Positions 1 to 13,600 of a DNA stretch of 64,000 nt are shown one piece after another; within the stretch, counting starts at the first letter, position 1; each line of letters opens with the position of its first letter. The position numbers were made by a program, and so were the translations under genes. This DNA comes from Lingula anatina (lineage: Eukaryota; Animalia; Brachiopoda), in assembly GCA_051362555.1 (NCBI GenBank), contig CM120641.1:18600001-18664000 (forward strand). The letters are read 5' to 3'. The notes under the pieces are model-generated. The model was not told the DNA's origin, searched no databases, and saw only the letters and a program-made list of their open reading frames with translations.

Positions 1-106
1 TTCATATCTCCTTCTAAATTCTACAAAAAACAACACAAATTCAGACTGCTCATTGTATTCAAACTCTTATATACAATCGGTGTTCTAAACATGTCTTTAC
101 AAAACA

Positions 107-256
107 CCATTTGAGTTGACCATTTATACGTATCACTTGAGCTGACCGTTTGTGCTGGCCATTTGTGCTATTTATACTGGCTATTTGTGCTGACTATATG
201 TGTTGACCATTTATACTGACCATTTGTGTTATTTGTAATAATCATTTGTACTGACC
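107..256. repeat. Degenerate ~13-bp minisatellite (CCATTTRTRCTGA)
   Basis: Repeated gaccatttatact / ggccatttgtgct units running into the donor site of spectrin exon 256-519. Confidence 0.6.
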
Positions 257-1612
257 TGATGATTCTTGACCAGTATTTTCACACTCCTCCTGTCATGTCC
301 TATATCCTCTGAAGACACGGCTTTATCAATCTCGTCCAAGCTCTCTTTGGCTTCTGCCAGGGCTTTGTTCAGTCTATGCTGCTGTGTTGCCTGGCGAAGT
401 TTGGTTCCCTTATCAGTGGACTTGTCGTATAGGTCAGCCCAGCGCTGGTTGAGGTCAGTCAGGGCACCCTTCACCTGTTTTGAGGCATAGTGCTTCTCTT
501 CCAGCAGAGCTGTTCCAGACTAGTAAAATACACAGCAGGTACCACGGTATTATTTTTTAAGGCAAACTGTGTTGAGGGGGGGGATGCATTATTAAACATA
601 AGTAATAACTCTTAAAATGTATGAGGGTGATAACAGATTGACACAATGACTGTTATTTGCATTTTCAAAACTAAAAAATAATGGAATCCTTTGGACAGGT
701 AAAGGTCCAATTAGAATCAAAACTGATGCAAAATATGCCACAAACATGAGGTTTTGCAGAAAAAAAGGTTCACTTTTTTTACAAAAAAAAAACCCGTTTG
801 CTTTAGACCTGCTGTTTGAACATTCTTTGTATATAAATATGTAATTCATCATATCACACAGCCATCTACCTGGTTAATCATCTGTAACCTGTCATGGTTG
901 GCTTTCAGTTCTGCCTCAAATGCCTGGTGTTTCTGGAACTTTGCTGGCAGGTTAGTGAGATCTTTGTAGGAGTCGTCTGTGGCCAGCTGGTACTTTTCAT
1001 GCATCCAACTAGACAGCTAGAATGGAATACATTTTATTGTATATGATTCAAATACATCACATTTTCACATTTCTGTCTGTAGCTAGAGTAGTTAGGTAGT
1101 TAGTAATTAAGAATTGTTATCACTGAATCCTTAGCTATCAACTTGGTACCATAAACATTTATAATTTATAAGCATGGAAGCACCACAGAAATGAGACTTA
1201 ACACATATATAAGTTATTGATCATATTATGCCATTTAACTAAATATATTTTCAGGAGCATGTGGCACAGTTTCAAATTATATTAACTTATATTCATAAAT
1301 ATCTCAAAGTGTATTCACAGAACCTCATTAATATAAAGCCTGGATTTCAAAGGTAACTTAAATAAGAAGAAGACATATTGGAGACTAAATAAGGACATTC
1401 TTGTTTCTAAGTACAATAAATACCTCATCTGCATCCCTGTTAAACTCTTGGTAGGCCATTGAAGCCAGTAGTTTATCATGTCTTTCCTGACATTTCCTCT
1501 TTACACTCTCCCTTCTTGTTAGCACGGACTGCTTCCTCTCAGCAATACTGTGATGGAAAAAGTGTATCACTCATCAAGAGTTCAGTGCTTTATAGCATTT
1601 GATTTGGTGTAC

Positions 1613-1648
<36 letters not shown>

Positions 1649-4600
1649 CATTATTATTATTATTATCAATAATACAATGATAGTAAAATAATTGGATATG
1701 TTGATTTTCCTTCACTTGTCAAAGTTACATCTTAATAGACTTCTCTTACTTCTGACTATCATAATGTCCCACTGCCAGCAGTTTATCTGCCATGTTACTG
1801 AAACTCTTCATTCTGTCCTCTTGGGCCAGGAGAGTGCTCTCAAAGTCTTCCTGCCTCTTAAATAATGCCTCAACAGCATTGACAGTAGTCTTGAGTAAAA
1901 AAAAATAACAATAAAATTTGTTTCTGAATAGACTCATTTAAAAAATTCACTGAATGTTAGGAAAATACTAATAAGAAAAGTTTATATGTATGAAATATGC
2001 CATTTAATAATGAATACGCTACCTGAAATTTTTTATGCTCTAAAGCATTAAGACATGACAAAGTTAATCTTTTTAAAAAAAATCTTAGAGGATTTTCATT
2101 TGGGAGACAATTTCTTACCCCCAGTTCATCAAACTCCAGGAATGCATCATGGCTGATGGTGACAGAGTCTATCTGGTCAGCTTCACGGAAAAATACCTTA
2201 AAAAAAAGAACACAATTATCATTCTTAATACTACTAGAAAATTTCATTTAGAATAGATATATAGTATGTCTTCTTTTGTTTGTTTGAAAACTCTTGCGTG
2301 GAGCTTTTCTGTTGATTTCCATGATCTCAGGGGAAAATGAAGAGTAAATTATTGTCCATAATCATTACTCCAGTTTGGCTACAATGAACTCTCTCTCTCT
2401 CTCCTAAAATCCTCTAGAATCAATACCAAAGAGAAAACTTCACAAACATTAAAATAAAATAAAATAAAATAAAATAAAATAAAATAAAATAAAATAAAAT
2501 AAAATAAAATAAAATTTAGCATAACAGGCATTTGAAGCTTAAACAGAATATTTTTTTCGGAAACTTACCTGTACATCATGGCAGTCTTGTAACAGTTTAT
2601 TTCTAGCTGCCCAGCCCTGGGTTATAGCTTCTCTGTCCACCTGCAGTTGCTTCAGCTGCTGGGTTATTTCCTTGCTTTCTGCTGGTTTCCTCTTCAGAAT
2701 TCTTTTACCCATGAGTTTGACTTGCTCAAATCTATATAAAAAAACATGCTGTTTAACAACCAACTTAACATCTCACATATACAATGTTGATAAGTTAACT
2801 GTATTTTTGCCAAAATAGCCAGTGAACACAAATGTTATTATGACTGGTTCATATCATGGTGGGTTCTCTTTGTTTCCATAAAATAATTACTGGAAGTCTC
2901 CCCTGTCCATTATAAACACTTCAATGAAGTACTTCTAAAAAATCCATGCAACCACATACATATTACACAACATTTGATCACTGCCTCATTTCAATCAATC
3001 ATTTCCTATTTACTCATTGTCCTAATTTGGAAGAACTTCTATATAATATTCTGACAAGTTTTATCCACAAACCTTTCTTGGTTATTTGTTATTTCATCTC
3101 GGAGTTCCAGATGTTGTTTGAGGAGTTTCTCTGCGCCAGGGACATCCTTTGCTAACTCAGTGTCAGCTACTTTCACTTTCACTTCACTGACCCAGGCTTG
3201 CTGTAAAGGTTATGTACACTGTATGAGCACAAACTATGACAAAGCAAATTATAACAAAACCAACTTTGACACTCAAATGTAACATAACAGAGATGAAATA
3301 TAATTACATAGTTTCACATCATCTAGAGAGATGGATTGGAGTATTGCAATATTGCTAGCAAGTGACACAAATATTATTCTCTCACCAAATAGAATTTTCC
3401 TTGAAAAAAATCTTACTTGTAGTTCATTGCTTGACTTGTTCTGGCATTTGGATTCATTATTTTGTATCATTTTTAATAAAAAAATCGCCTTCCTGTACTT
3501 TTCAGAAATTTGAATATATCTGTATTAATCGTTTTTATCTGAATCACAGAAAATACCACTTCCAGACATTTTTAAATGCAAATAATATAAGTTTCAATAA
3601 TAAAAAAAAAAAAACATTAGGCATGGGTGACATCTGTGTTATCCTTTAACAAATCTCTTTAACCTGTAAATATCATGTTTAATTATTCAAAGTCATATCT
3701 GAAGGGATTCCATTTAGTCACATAACTTATTTCTCACAAAATGATGAAAGAAAGGCAAATGATCAAGTAATTTTTATAATGACAGCATGGTTTGTGTTGT
3801 TTCCTTATGTTGCAGTATATTTCTCAAACCTCTGCCAGCAGCAGCTTGCTTTAATGATAAGCTTTCATAATGATTTACATGAGCTTGCTTTAATGATAAG
3901 TAAACTGCCAAGACTGAAATAGATTAATCAAGACGGAAATTGTCAAAATCAATAAACCTGTATCTAATCACATCTTTGTAACATTGCCATGACAATGAGA
4001 TCCTTGAACCCTGACAATTTCCCAGAATCTATACCAGACTGTGAATTGAATCTCTCTGTCTTAAGCAGATTTCTCCCACATAAGAAATGAAACCTTTTAA
4101 ATTACAGTAGCCAGCTATTAGTATAACAATGTATCTTCAGTCTTATACTTTGCTTCTGTTTGTCATCAAAATTGTCCTTAATAGCTTCCAAACTATCTGT
4201 CAAATTAACTTACTTCCCATTTTTTCATATATTAATGTACTGACTTCCAATTTTTATGTATAAAAGTAGGGATATGAACACAAGAATACCAAAGCCCTTT
4301 TGTGATTAATTGATTTTGCTGGGCCAATGAACTTTACATAAATACCGTAACCTAAATTACACGCAGAAAAGTTAATCAGATAAATAATTAATAGAAGAAC
4401 CAACACAAAAGTAGTATAATACAGTTTCCTGAGAGGGTTTGGTAGAGAGTGGTAGATGTAAAATGAAAATTCTTATTTCTTTAAAAAGATGGGAAACTAC
4501 AAACAACCTGGAGAAGTTTATTTTTGCTGCTTAAAAAGGTATGTAAGAAAGAAATGCATCTATTTTCCTGCTTTTGCATTTTTAGGATGCCCAACATATA

Positions 4601-7600
4601 AGTAACTAAAAGCTCACCAAAATGTAGTTTAAAAAGAATAAAATTATTTATAAAAATTATAATTTCTTGCACTTGCACTTGTTTACCAAGATCAAATAAT
4701 TTTTTTTAGGTGTTATGCAAACTTGATAAAAAATGCTGGTGTACGTAGTTTCATCCGAGGCATTCTTTCTTTTTAGTCCAAATTTCATAAAAATTTGCTA
4801 AATTTCAGTAAAAAAACTTACCAAATCTCTCAGTTCATTGTAGAACTTCTGCAATTCTTCAGAATCTTGAAGTTTTTGTTTTCTTTCCTCTGCCTTGTCC
4901 TAAAGAGAAAAAGAAATGTAACATAAACTAAGCTAGCTATATTTGTGATAAAAAACACTTTTTAATAGCTTTTTTAGTTACTGACAGGGTCAATATCTCT
5001 AAGCAAAATCTACCTTCTTTTCTTTTTCTTTTGATCTTTTTAGTTTTAAGTTAACAGAATTGAGATAAATTAGCTATATTTAAAGTTTCTAACCAGCAAA
5101 GCATTCCAGAGGCTGACCAGCTCCTGCTGCTTGCCTCCCACATTTTCCATTTCTCCAGGGTAGGATGTCTTTACACTTAATAATAAATAAATATCATTTA
5201 TAAAAACTATAAACAGAAACTGCTTTGACAGAAATAATTTTTTTTCATATTTGAAACACTGTAAGATTCTATTAGCTTAGAAGTGGATTTCAGTTTCAAG
5301 CTCCTTCTTTAATAAAATAGTTCACTTACTTCAAAACAAATCAGATAAAAAACTACAGTATTTAAATCATTTAGTTATAAATTAAGTTACACTATATACC
5401 CTTAATGTATTACTCTAGGTCAACTTCGCACTTACGCTGTGGCTAATACGCCTACTTTGGTGAGACGTCCCTCTAGAGGTCCTAACTCAAGTTCCAAGTT
5501 CTGAAATGAAAGCCATTTTAATATATAAGGCCACACTTTTTTAATTTTATGGATGACATCCTGCGCGCGCACCGATTTTCGTCCGTTCTCCAAAAAAAAA
5601 AAAAAAAAAAAATCCCCCCCCCCCCCCCCCAAACCGCCCCCCCCCCCCCAAAGGAAGTCGGTTGTCGCAAACATCGTTATTGAATTTGCCGGAAAATGCA
5701 ATCGGCAATTCTCTGCTAATTCCGCAAGCTCCATACTGTCATTGTCGACTGCGGAGACATCCGAGTAGTTCCGAGTGTGGAAAATGAGCTTTCTGCGCAT
5801 GCGTATTATCACCACATGGAAATATGGCCGTTTTGCCGTCAACTTCATCTCTAGCATTAATTTCAAAATACACGACAATTAAAGTCATAAAGAGAACGGG
5901 GGCCGTCGTTTTGGATTGGTTTGCCATTGATATTGGACATGGAGATATCACCCTTTTACAATTTTACGAAAGGCTGGCCGCGGCCAGCAATCATCGCCCG
6001 GAAAATTTCAGTGACATTCTGTCCAAAGCAGCACATACCAGTTTCTTTTTGGAGCGAAAAAAGGGTCGACAAGAGCGTCGCGGTATTTGGTGGACTGAAG
6101 GTCGGACAGGCCACCCGATAGTTGGCTGCTAGCGTGTGAGTCGAAGTAGACAAAATGGCATCGACCGAAATTACCTTAGTAGTAGGAAGCATAGGCCTAT
6201 CTTTGCTTAATTTTTTTAACAATTCTGTGAAGTGTTTACAATGCTTTAATTTTCTGAGAGTACAAATAAAGACACGCTATTTATTTGATATTTGTTTTAT
6301 TGGTTTCTATACCAACAGAATGCATGAAATAACCTTAAATAGATTTGGTAATATGCAGCATATATATTCATGACTTTTTACCTTTCTACGAAGTAGGCCC
6401 TATTCACAATGCTTTAATATTTTGAGAGCATGGATAAAGACATGTTGTTAGTTTGATACGTGTTTCTGTGGTAAATTAGTGTTTCCAGCTGTGTACTGAA
6501 AACATAACTTTTCTTAAGCAGTTTTTTTTTTTTTTTGGACTTTTTTTTTTTTTCGCCCGCTCGCACCGACTTTGGGGTCCCCAGAGGATGTCATCCATAA
6601 AAATAAAAAAGTGTGGCCTAACAAAGTTTAAAAAGTAATCTAGGGAATGACCATCACACAGCAGCCAGAATTTTTATCCTACTACTACATCTCCCAGATA
6701 TATTCCTTTGAAATAAGCAATGCAAAATCAATCTATAAATCTATCTGACCCAAAATTAAAAACAAAACACAGACACAGAAAGATATTTTCATGATGATTT
6801 TACCTGACTTCTATTAATCAGAATATCTTCAATAATTTACCAATGTACCTGTTTGATTACACATATTCCCCAGAAAGTTTTTGTACTGATTACACTTACA
6901 ATAGACAGAGTATTGATGAATAACCAGTTAATGTATCTCAATATCCACTTTAAATGTTAATTTTAAATAATTCAGTTCTAACTTCTTTTATTATTTAATG
7001 CGTGTAAAGAGAGCACCCGCCCCCCCCCCCCCCCCAAAAAAAAATAAATAAACCAGTGCCATTAAAACGTGCATCAATACAATTGTCTTTCATATATATA
7101 CATAACAGAATGGGACTTGATTTAACTGGTAATTAATAAAATGACCTGATGTTTTCTCTGTAAAGCCTGAACAGATGCCAAATCTCTTCCCACATCTTCT
7201 GTCAAAAGAGCACTGAATTTCTCCATTATCCAGTCCTTCGTCTCATCACATGCAGAACGGTAGAGCTCCACACTTTAAAGATAAATTACAAAAAGAAAAA
7301 ACAAATATTTATAAATCATAGCAATTACACACTTACAAAATGAAGATAAACTTGGTGCTTGAATTTCATCTAAGCAAGAAAATATGCATTTCTGGGATGA
7401 AGACAGGACATATCAAATACTTTTAAAAATTCCTCATACTTTAGTCAATTGATAGTCAAATTCTGTAGGTGCCCTTTAAAATTTTAACAGATAAGTACTT
7501 ATAGTCTTCACCAATTGTGTGCCACAAGTAAGGCTCTTAATAGAATCATGAAAATTTGCTATAAGCAACATGTTTTATTATCCAGTGCATGATCCTTATA

Positions 7601-10600
7601 ATGAAACTGTAGACTTCAATTACATCCAACTTCCTTGTTGGCAGGAATGTCAAAGAATATCAAGGATATTCTTTAACAGTACATCAAATTACAACAATCC
7701 AAGGATTTGAACAACAAAAGCACATCACTGCACATTTTCATATCTACAAAAACATCTTCTATAACACACCATTATCTAGAAAACTTATCAAAAGAAAAAC
7801 ATCATTAATGTTACCATAATAATAATGATAATAACCATAGGTTTAAAAATTCTTCTTAGGGCCAATTCTTTAATGAAATAAATAAGCATACTAGTGACAG
7901 TTACACTTCCCAGTTTATCATATTTAATTATCATATTTATCAACTTCACTAAAATACACTCGTGTGATTTGGATAAAAAGGTCAAGTGTTTTGGATTAAA
8001 AGTTAAAAGTCCGTGCCTTTAAATCAATGCAAAGCATAATATTCCATGCAGATTCCTTTAATGTATTCCTAAATTGATAACATTTTCTTTAACATAATCA
8101 TAATCTTATAATCTAATTCCACTGATTAAGACACTGATTTCGAACACAGCATTCAATATCTATATTCTAAATACACATCCCTATACTTCTAGAAAAATAA
8201 AATGCCACAGTCCAATGTTTGCCAATTAAGGCCTAAAATTCTATCAAGTACACACATGCTCATGTAATTCACTCAGAGATGAAATCAAAAAAAGATGACT
8301 GAAGTTGCCTTCACACCTGAGGGCCAGATACCACCACCAGGGACTGGTTTCCTCTATAAAAATTATGCCTAAACATTTACTGCTTTCTTTCTGTGTTCTA
8401 TATCATAACCCTTAGTCATTTCTGCCAACCCTCATGAAACTATTTACCCTATTGGGTGTGCAGCAGTTATACCTCATACATTACTACATCATTTGAGAGA
8501 CTTAAGAGGTGCCGTTTTTAAACAATTTTTGGCTGACTGAGTGATTAATTTGGTTTATCCTTTGGCAAGTCGACTTTATTTTAGTCCTATAACACACTGG
8601 TTATATGTGTTACAAAAAATCTACGCTTTATATGTAACTTTAAGTAAAAAAAAAAGGATATTGTACCAACTGAAACTTAAAGATTTTAAGAGTTAACAAA
8701 CAACATGTATTTTCAAGATAAATACTTCATCCTCTCTTCTCCCCCTCCCCCTGGAGAAAACTTATGTGTTACATGAGCATGTATGTACATAACAGAAACT
8801 ACTTTAGAATCACTGCATGCTACTTAGTCATCAAACCATTTTCTGCAGCTCTTTGAGTAACTACACATTTTTCATTAAGGCGTTTCTTTAATGGAAAAAT
8901 GAGCTGTCTTCAGGTAGTATCATTGAGGTTGACTGTCATCATATTTCCTGAGCTTGTGGCAATATCAAATCATTTCTCATAAAAACAATACCAGATATGG
9001 AAAAAAAGTATTTACCTGCGCCAGCCTCTAAAAGAGTTACAAAAAAAGCGACTTTTAAATTCTGAGTATAGCAGGGAAATAAAGTTCAGAAAGAGAATAA
9101 ATAAAGCAACTTGGATGGTGAACATTTTAAAAATTCATCTAAAATAACAGGATTATTTCAACTACAACATAAATATTGTTTATATGTTATAAGATGAACA
9201 GTTTAAAAATGTCTGCAAATACCTTGTCATAAAGTTAAACATTTAGTAAATTTCTCCTTATGTCTGCACTTCCAATTAATTTACGGTTTCACTCATCACA
9301 ATCTCTTGTGGAATTCAGAACAACCATCAATATAAATCTTTATATATTTGTATACTTTCATAAAACACACGGTACTTGAAATGTTATACAGATAGGTGTA
9401 AAAAAAAAAATCAAGAGACAGAGAGAGAAAGCACCTTTTCTTTCTTAAACGTAATATATATAACGACAAAATGAAGGAAGCACATTGCTGACCAGAGAGA
9501 CCACTTCTACCAAGTCACATCATTCACAGAATGTATATTTCTAGTAACTGTAGTATATAATAACAAGATAAAACATAATTCAACTTTAATTCACAACTTC
9601 TTACACTTATTTTAAGGACACTGGAGTTCATATAGCACTGGCAATGGTAAAACAAAAGTAACATGGTTTGGCTGTTTTTGGGTGAGAAACAGGTGGGTCA
9701 GACCATAACAGTCACTGTGACAACAAAAACAGTTGCAAAGGTGACAATATAGAGTCTGTATATAAAAACCAATTAGCTTGTGACAAAAGAAGAACTGCAA
9801 TCTTATATCAGTAACAGACTAACAAACTTATTTCGATATTCACTAATGGTATCTCAAAATAATAATTGGTTCGTGACAAAATAAAATTTGCAGTCAATAT
9901 AGATATTTTAAGAATAGAAAAAAAGTAAATAAAATATGACTCAAAAGCTTTGTTATTTTATAGTTAAAAAGCTTCTCATTTAACATGAGAGTCTCTTTCA
10001 AACTAAAGCAGAATAATTAACAAAAAAAAAAAAAATTTCAAGCTTGGATAATATTATCACAATTATATTCATAAGTACAATCTGTTTCAGTTGTATAGTC
10101 ACAATAATAATAATAAAAAAATCCCTCATTTTGCCAATTTTTGGAATGGGCAACTGAATTGAATTTGTCCACATCAAAACTTGCCAACCCTCTGTCCTAA
10201 CCATGGTTGCATGCCCCAGTAACATAATGAGTTACACCTGACCAAATCAATTAGGACCTTTATTGCCCTCTTGGACACACGGAACTAAAAGCCAACATGG
10301 AAACAAATACAATCCTATATATCTCTATATATATATAACAGGGAGTGCATATACTATCAGGTATCAAATGCTTAACTGTTGCAGTGGACATGAAAGGAAG
10401 ATAAACCAGGATTAACAGTTACATGTACAGGTACAGAAAAGTAAGATAATATCTCAATTTCAGTTATTTTAAGGGGTGCGGGGGGGGGGGGGGGGAGGGG
10501 GGGGGGCAATGTTAATCAATATACTCTTTATTCAAGAAAGGAATTATAATTGTTTTACTATTCTAAGCATTTAGGAATAATTCAAATGGTGGGGGTGTTT

Positions 10601-13600
10601 TGTAACATATAAACAAATTAGGAACAGTTTGATAAAACTCATTTACTAGTTTAAAAAAAGGGTTTAAACAAAAAAAAATTGTCTGTTTCTGCTAATGTTT
10701 ATGCCTTTCAGTGTTTCGTGCCTCTTCTTTGATGAATCATTGTGTAATATAATTTGTGTATCTAATATGACAAATTTTCACCCTACTGCTATTCTAAATC
10801 AAAAATTCCTGCTTGAGTATACAATGAATATAATATAATATTATCAAATCAAGCAAACAGTTTCTTCACATGTCATTACACATTCACAGCTAGCGGGTAT
10901 AAATGTCTTTATGTTAAAACTCAAGAAACATAACGGCACTTACTTCTTTGCTAATTTGGTTTTATTGTTAAACCAATTTGTAATTGGCTACTAATTTAGT
11001 TAATGAAATTGCTTGTATTGTGAAGTTGCCATTAGAAGAATGCAAACAGTGGTAGTCTTATTTAATTGCTACTATAATGTGACAGAATTTGAATCACCCA
11101 AGATAAACCAAGGTCTAATGGCTTATTTGTGTTAAATCAAGCAGGATTTCCAAGGGTTCGGAGAAGAGTGGGATCAGAAGTAATGACAAACTAGCAAGTG
11201 CATGCGTTAAGAAATAGAAGCTGACAGAAGTTATCCAGGTTAATTTTTCTGGTTGTTTTCTCTTACTTTCTGAAGAATAACACTCCTTTGCACAACAGTG
11301 CGTATTCATCAGGCTTTGTGTGTTACCTTCATATTACTTTCTAAGAAGGCATTCCCAATGCAAAGAGATTAACCCTCATTATCCCTGCCTTGCATGGTTT
11401 CTAGTCTTATATGGCATCAGCCAATAATGGATAATTTCCACTGACAATTTGGACAAGACAATAATGTGATTTCATGGAAATATAGAGCAACTCCAAGTAA
11501 CCAATAAATTTGGTTTCAAATAAAAAATACCCATGCATGCAGCTGTGGTTATCTATGTATTCTGGAAATCATCTCAAGTGGAAACCTCTAAATCTTTAGT
11601 AGAGACACAAGCCTTTATTTGATAAAATTGTTACATTGTTTAGCATTAACTGTAGTTTGGTTGTATACAGTAAATTTCTCTGGACAAATGGTGCAACCTG
11701 CAGGCTCACTCCCTCCAGAAACCTCTCTAAGCCACGGGGGTAGGGGGTTAAGATTATGGTTGGAAACTGAGGAGAAAATTAGTAAGTAATTGTCAAGTGT
11801 AATATCCTATATCCGGTAAGTCTAATATTTTGTAAGTGAAACTGAAGTATCAGTTGATGCAGGGAAACAATTTTCTGTTCTGTACAGTGTTATGTTAAGG
11901 GATCTTGATGAAGTGGGAAGAAGATAGAATTTCAAAAAAATTGAGGCTTTGGATGAAAAATGAAACACAAGGTGGCTGGCTAGCAACTGTGCCAATAATT
12001 GCTGAAGCCAAAAGCTGACATAGACATTCAAAGTGTCTAGAAAAAGGATCACTGAAATTCATTACATTCATCTTTTTAACATAACCTTATTAAGTCTTAC
12101 TTCATGAAACAAAGGAAATTATGACTGATAGATAAAACAGGTTTTGCAAACTGTTGAAGTACCGATATGAATACCAAGTATGAACTACCTCATCACTTTT
12201 TGCTCATCATAACCTCATTTTTCATAGTTCGTCTACCAAGTTAAAAATATTTCTGGAAATCCTCATCAAAAAATTCATGTACGAATTGAGTTCAATCGCA
12301 TATTAATAAATGTTTGATGGGTGTTTTATCATGTTTTACTAATAAATAAACATATATTAGTTCATTTGATTGCCTCATTTAAAATGATAAGGCAATTACA
12401 TTGTTCTGAACTCAGCATTTTTTTTTTCATCCTGGATGCCATTTGACACTTTGCAGCAAAGTGATGACTGCCTGGACACCAGACATTTAAAAAAATCGAT
12501 CACCGACCCTATCATATTTCCAAGAAACATGAGATTGTAGGAATGTGTCCCAAAAGTTAAATGTAGATTTCTCCTTAAAGTCCACACAGTCACGGGTTGC
12601 AACAGCAGCAAATAAAAGGTTTAAAATTTCATTGTTGACAGATTTTATTCAACTATATTTTTATGGCAAGATTGTGGAAGAGATTCGAGTTACAACAAGT
12701 TGCAAAAATTCAGCAACATACACAGGGGTTTGGTGGTGATTTGGGCGGACTGCTACGAAGTAAGAGCAGGGTCTTCGTAGTTAGTATTTAGTGTTTGTTA
12801 TTGTCAAAACCCCCCTAAATATGCTACACATATACCAGTATTTAACACATTTATTTTTCCAATTTACAATTCTTTTCAAAATTCATCAAAAAATTCCTTC
12901 TGACATGAAACCAACTTCATCTTTTGAATTTTTAGAATCATTCATTAACGTTAGCCAACATACACTGTTCTTTAAAAATGGAATTAATCAAATTTGTTGA
13001 AATTTGGTAAGTATTTAAAGTAAAAAAAGATACAACAACAACAACAACAAACAAACTTATGTAAAAAAAAAGGTATCAGTAAATGTAATGGAAATCAACT
13101 GTAGGATCCTTATCATCCCTACAACAAATCACCATAGGATCATTTGAATAGAACCCAATTTAAATGTAACACTAAAACTTTGTAATTTTGATCTCTACTC
13201 AGCTGGTCCTGAATCTAAGGAAGTGTTAACGTAACACTTGGGAGGAAATTGGCCATGACAAATACAGCACTCTATGTATATGGTGCTTAGCACGCCCACC
13301 TTAAACAATTACAGGTCTATTTTTCAGTATATAGGATATTTTCAAGCAGAGCTTAATTGCACAGGTCTCGGACCTAATAGTAATAAATAACAGGAGACTC
13401 TTAACTGCCAATACAGAACTGTAATTGTTCAACATAGCTTAAATGTTGATCTTCCATGCCAGTTTCTTTGTAGAAAGGCGGAAGATAATACTGAAATGCA
13501 GCCATGTTTCATGTTTGGCTGAGCTGAAGGCATCAGGCTTTCAAATAAACAAGTCTGCTATGTGTGAAGACTACAATCTAGCTATAAGAAGTCTTCACCT

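Noticed and set aside
5432-5878. 148-aa minus ORF with poly-Gly/Phe
   Set aside because: Read-through of transposon homopolymers into the real 65-nt spectrin exon 5436-5500.
12754-12780. Small hairpin CTACGAAG..CTTCGTAG
   Set aside because: An 8-bp stem is expected by chance; no ncRNA hallmarks.
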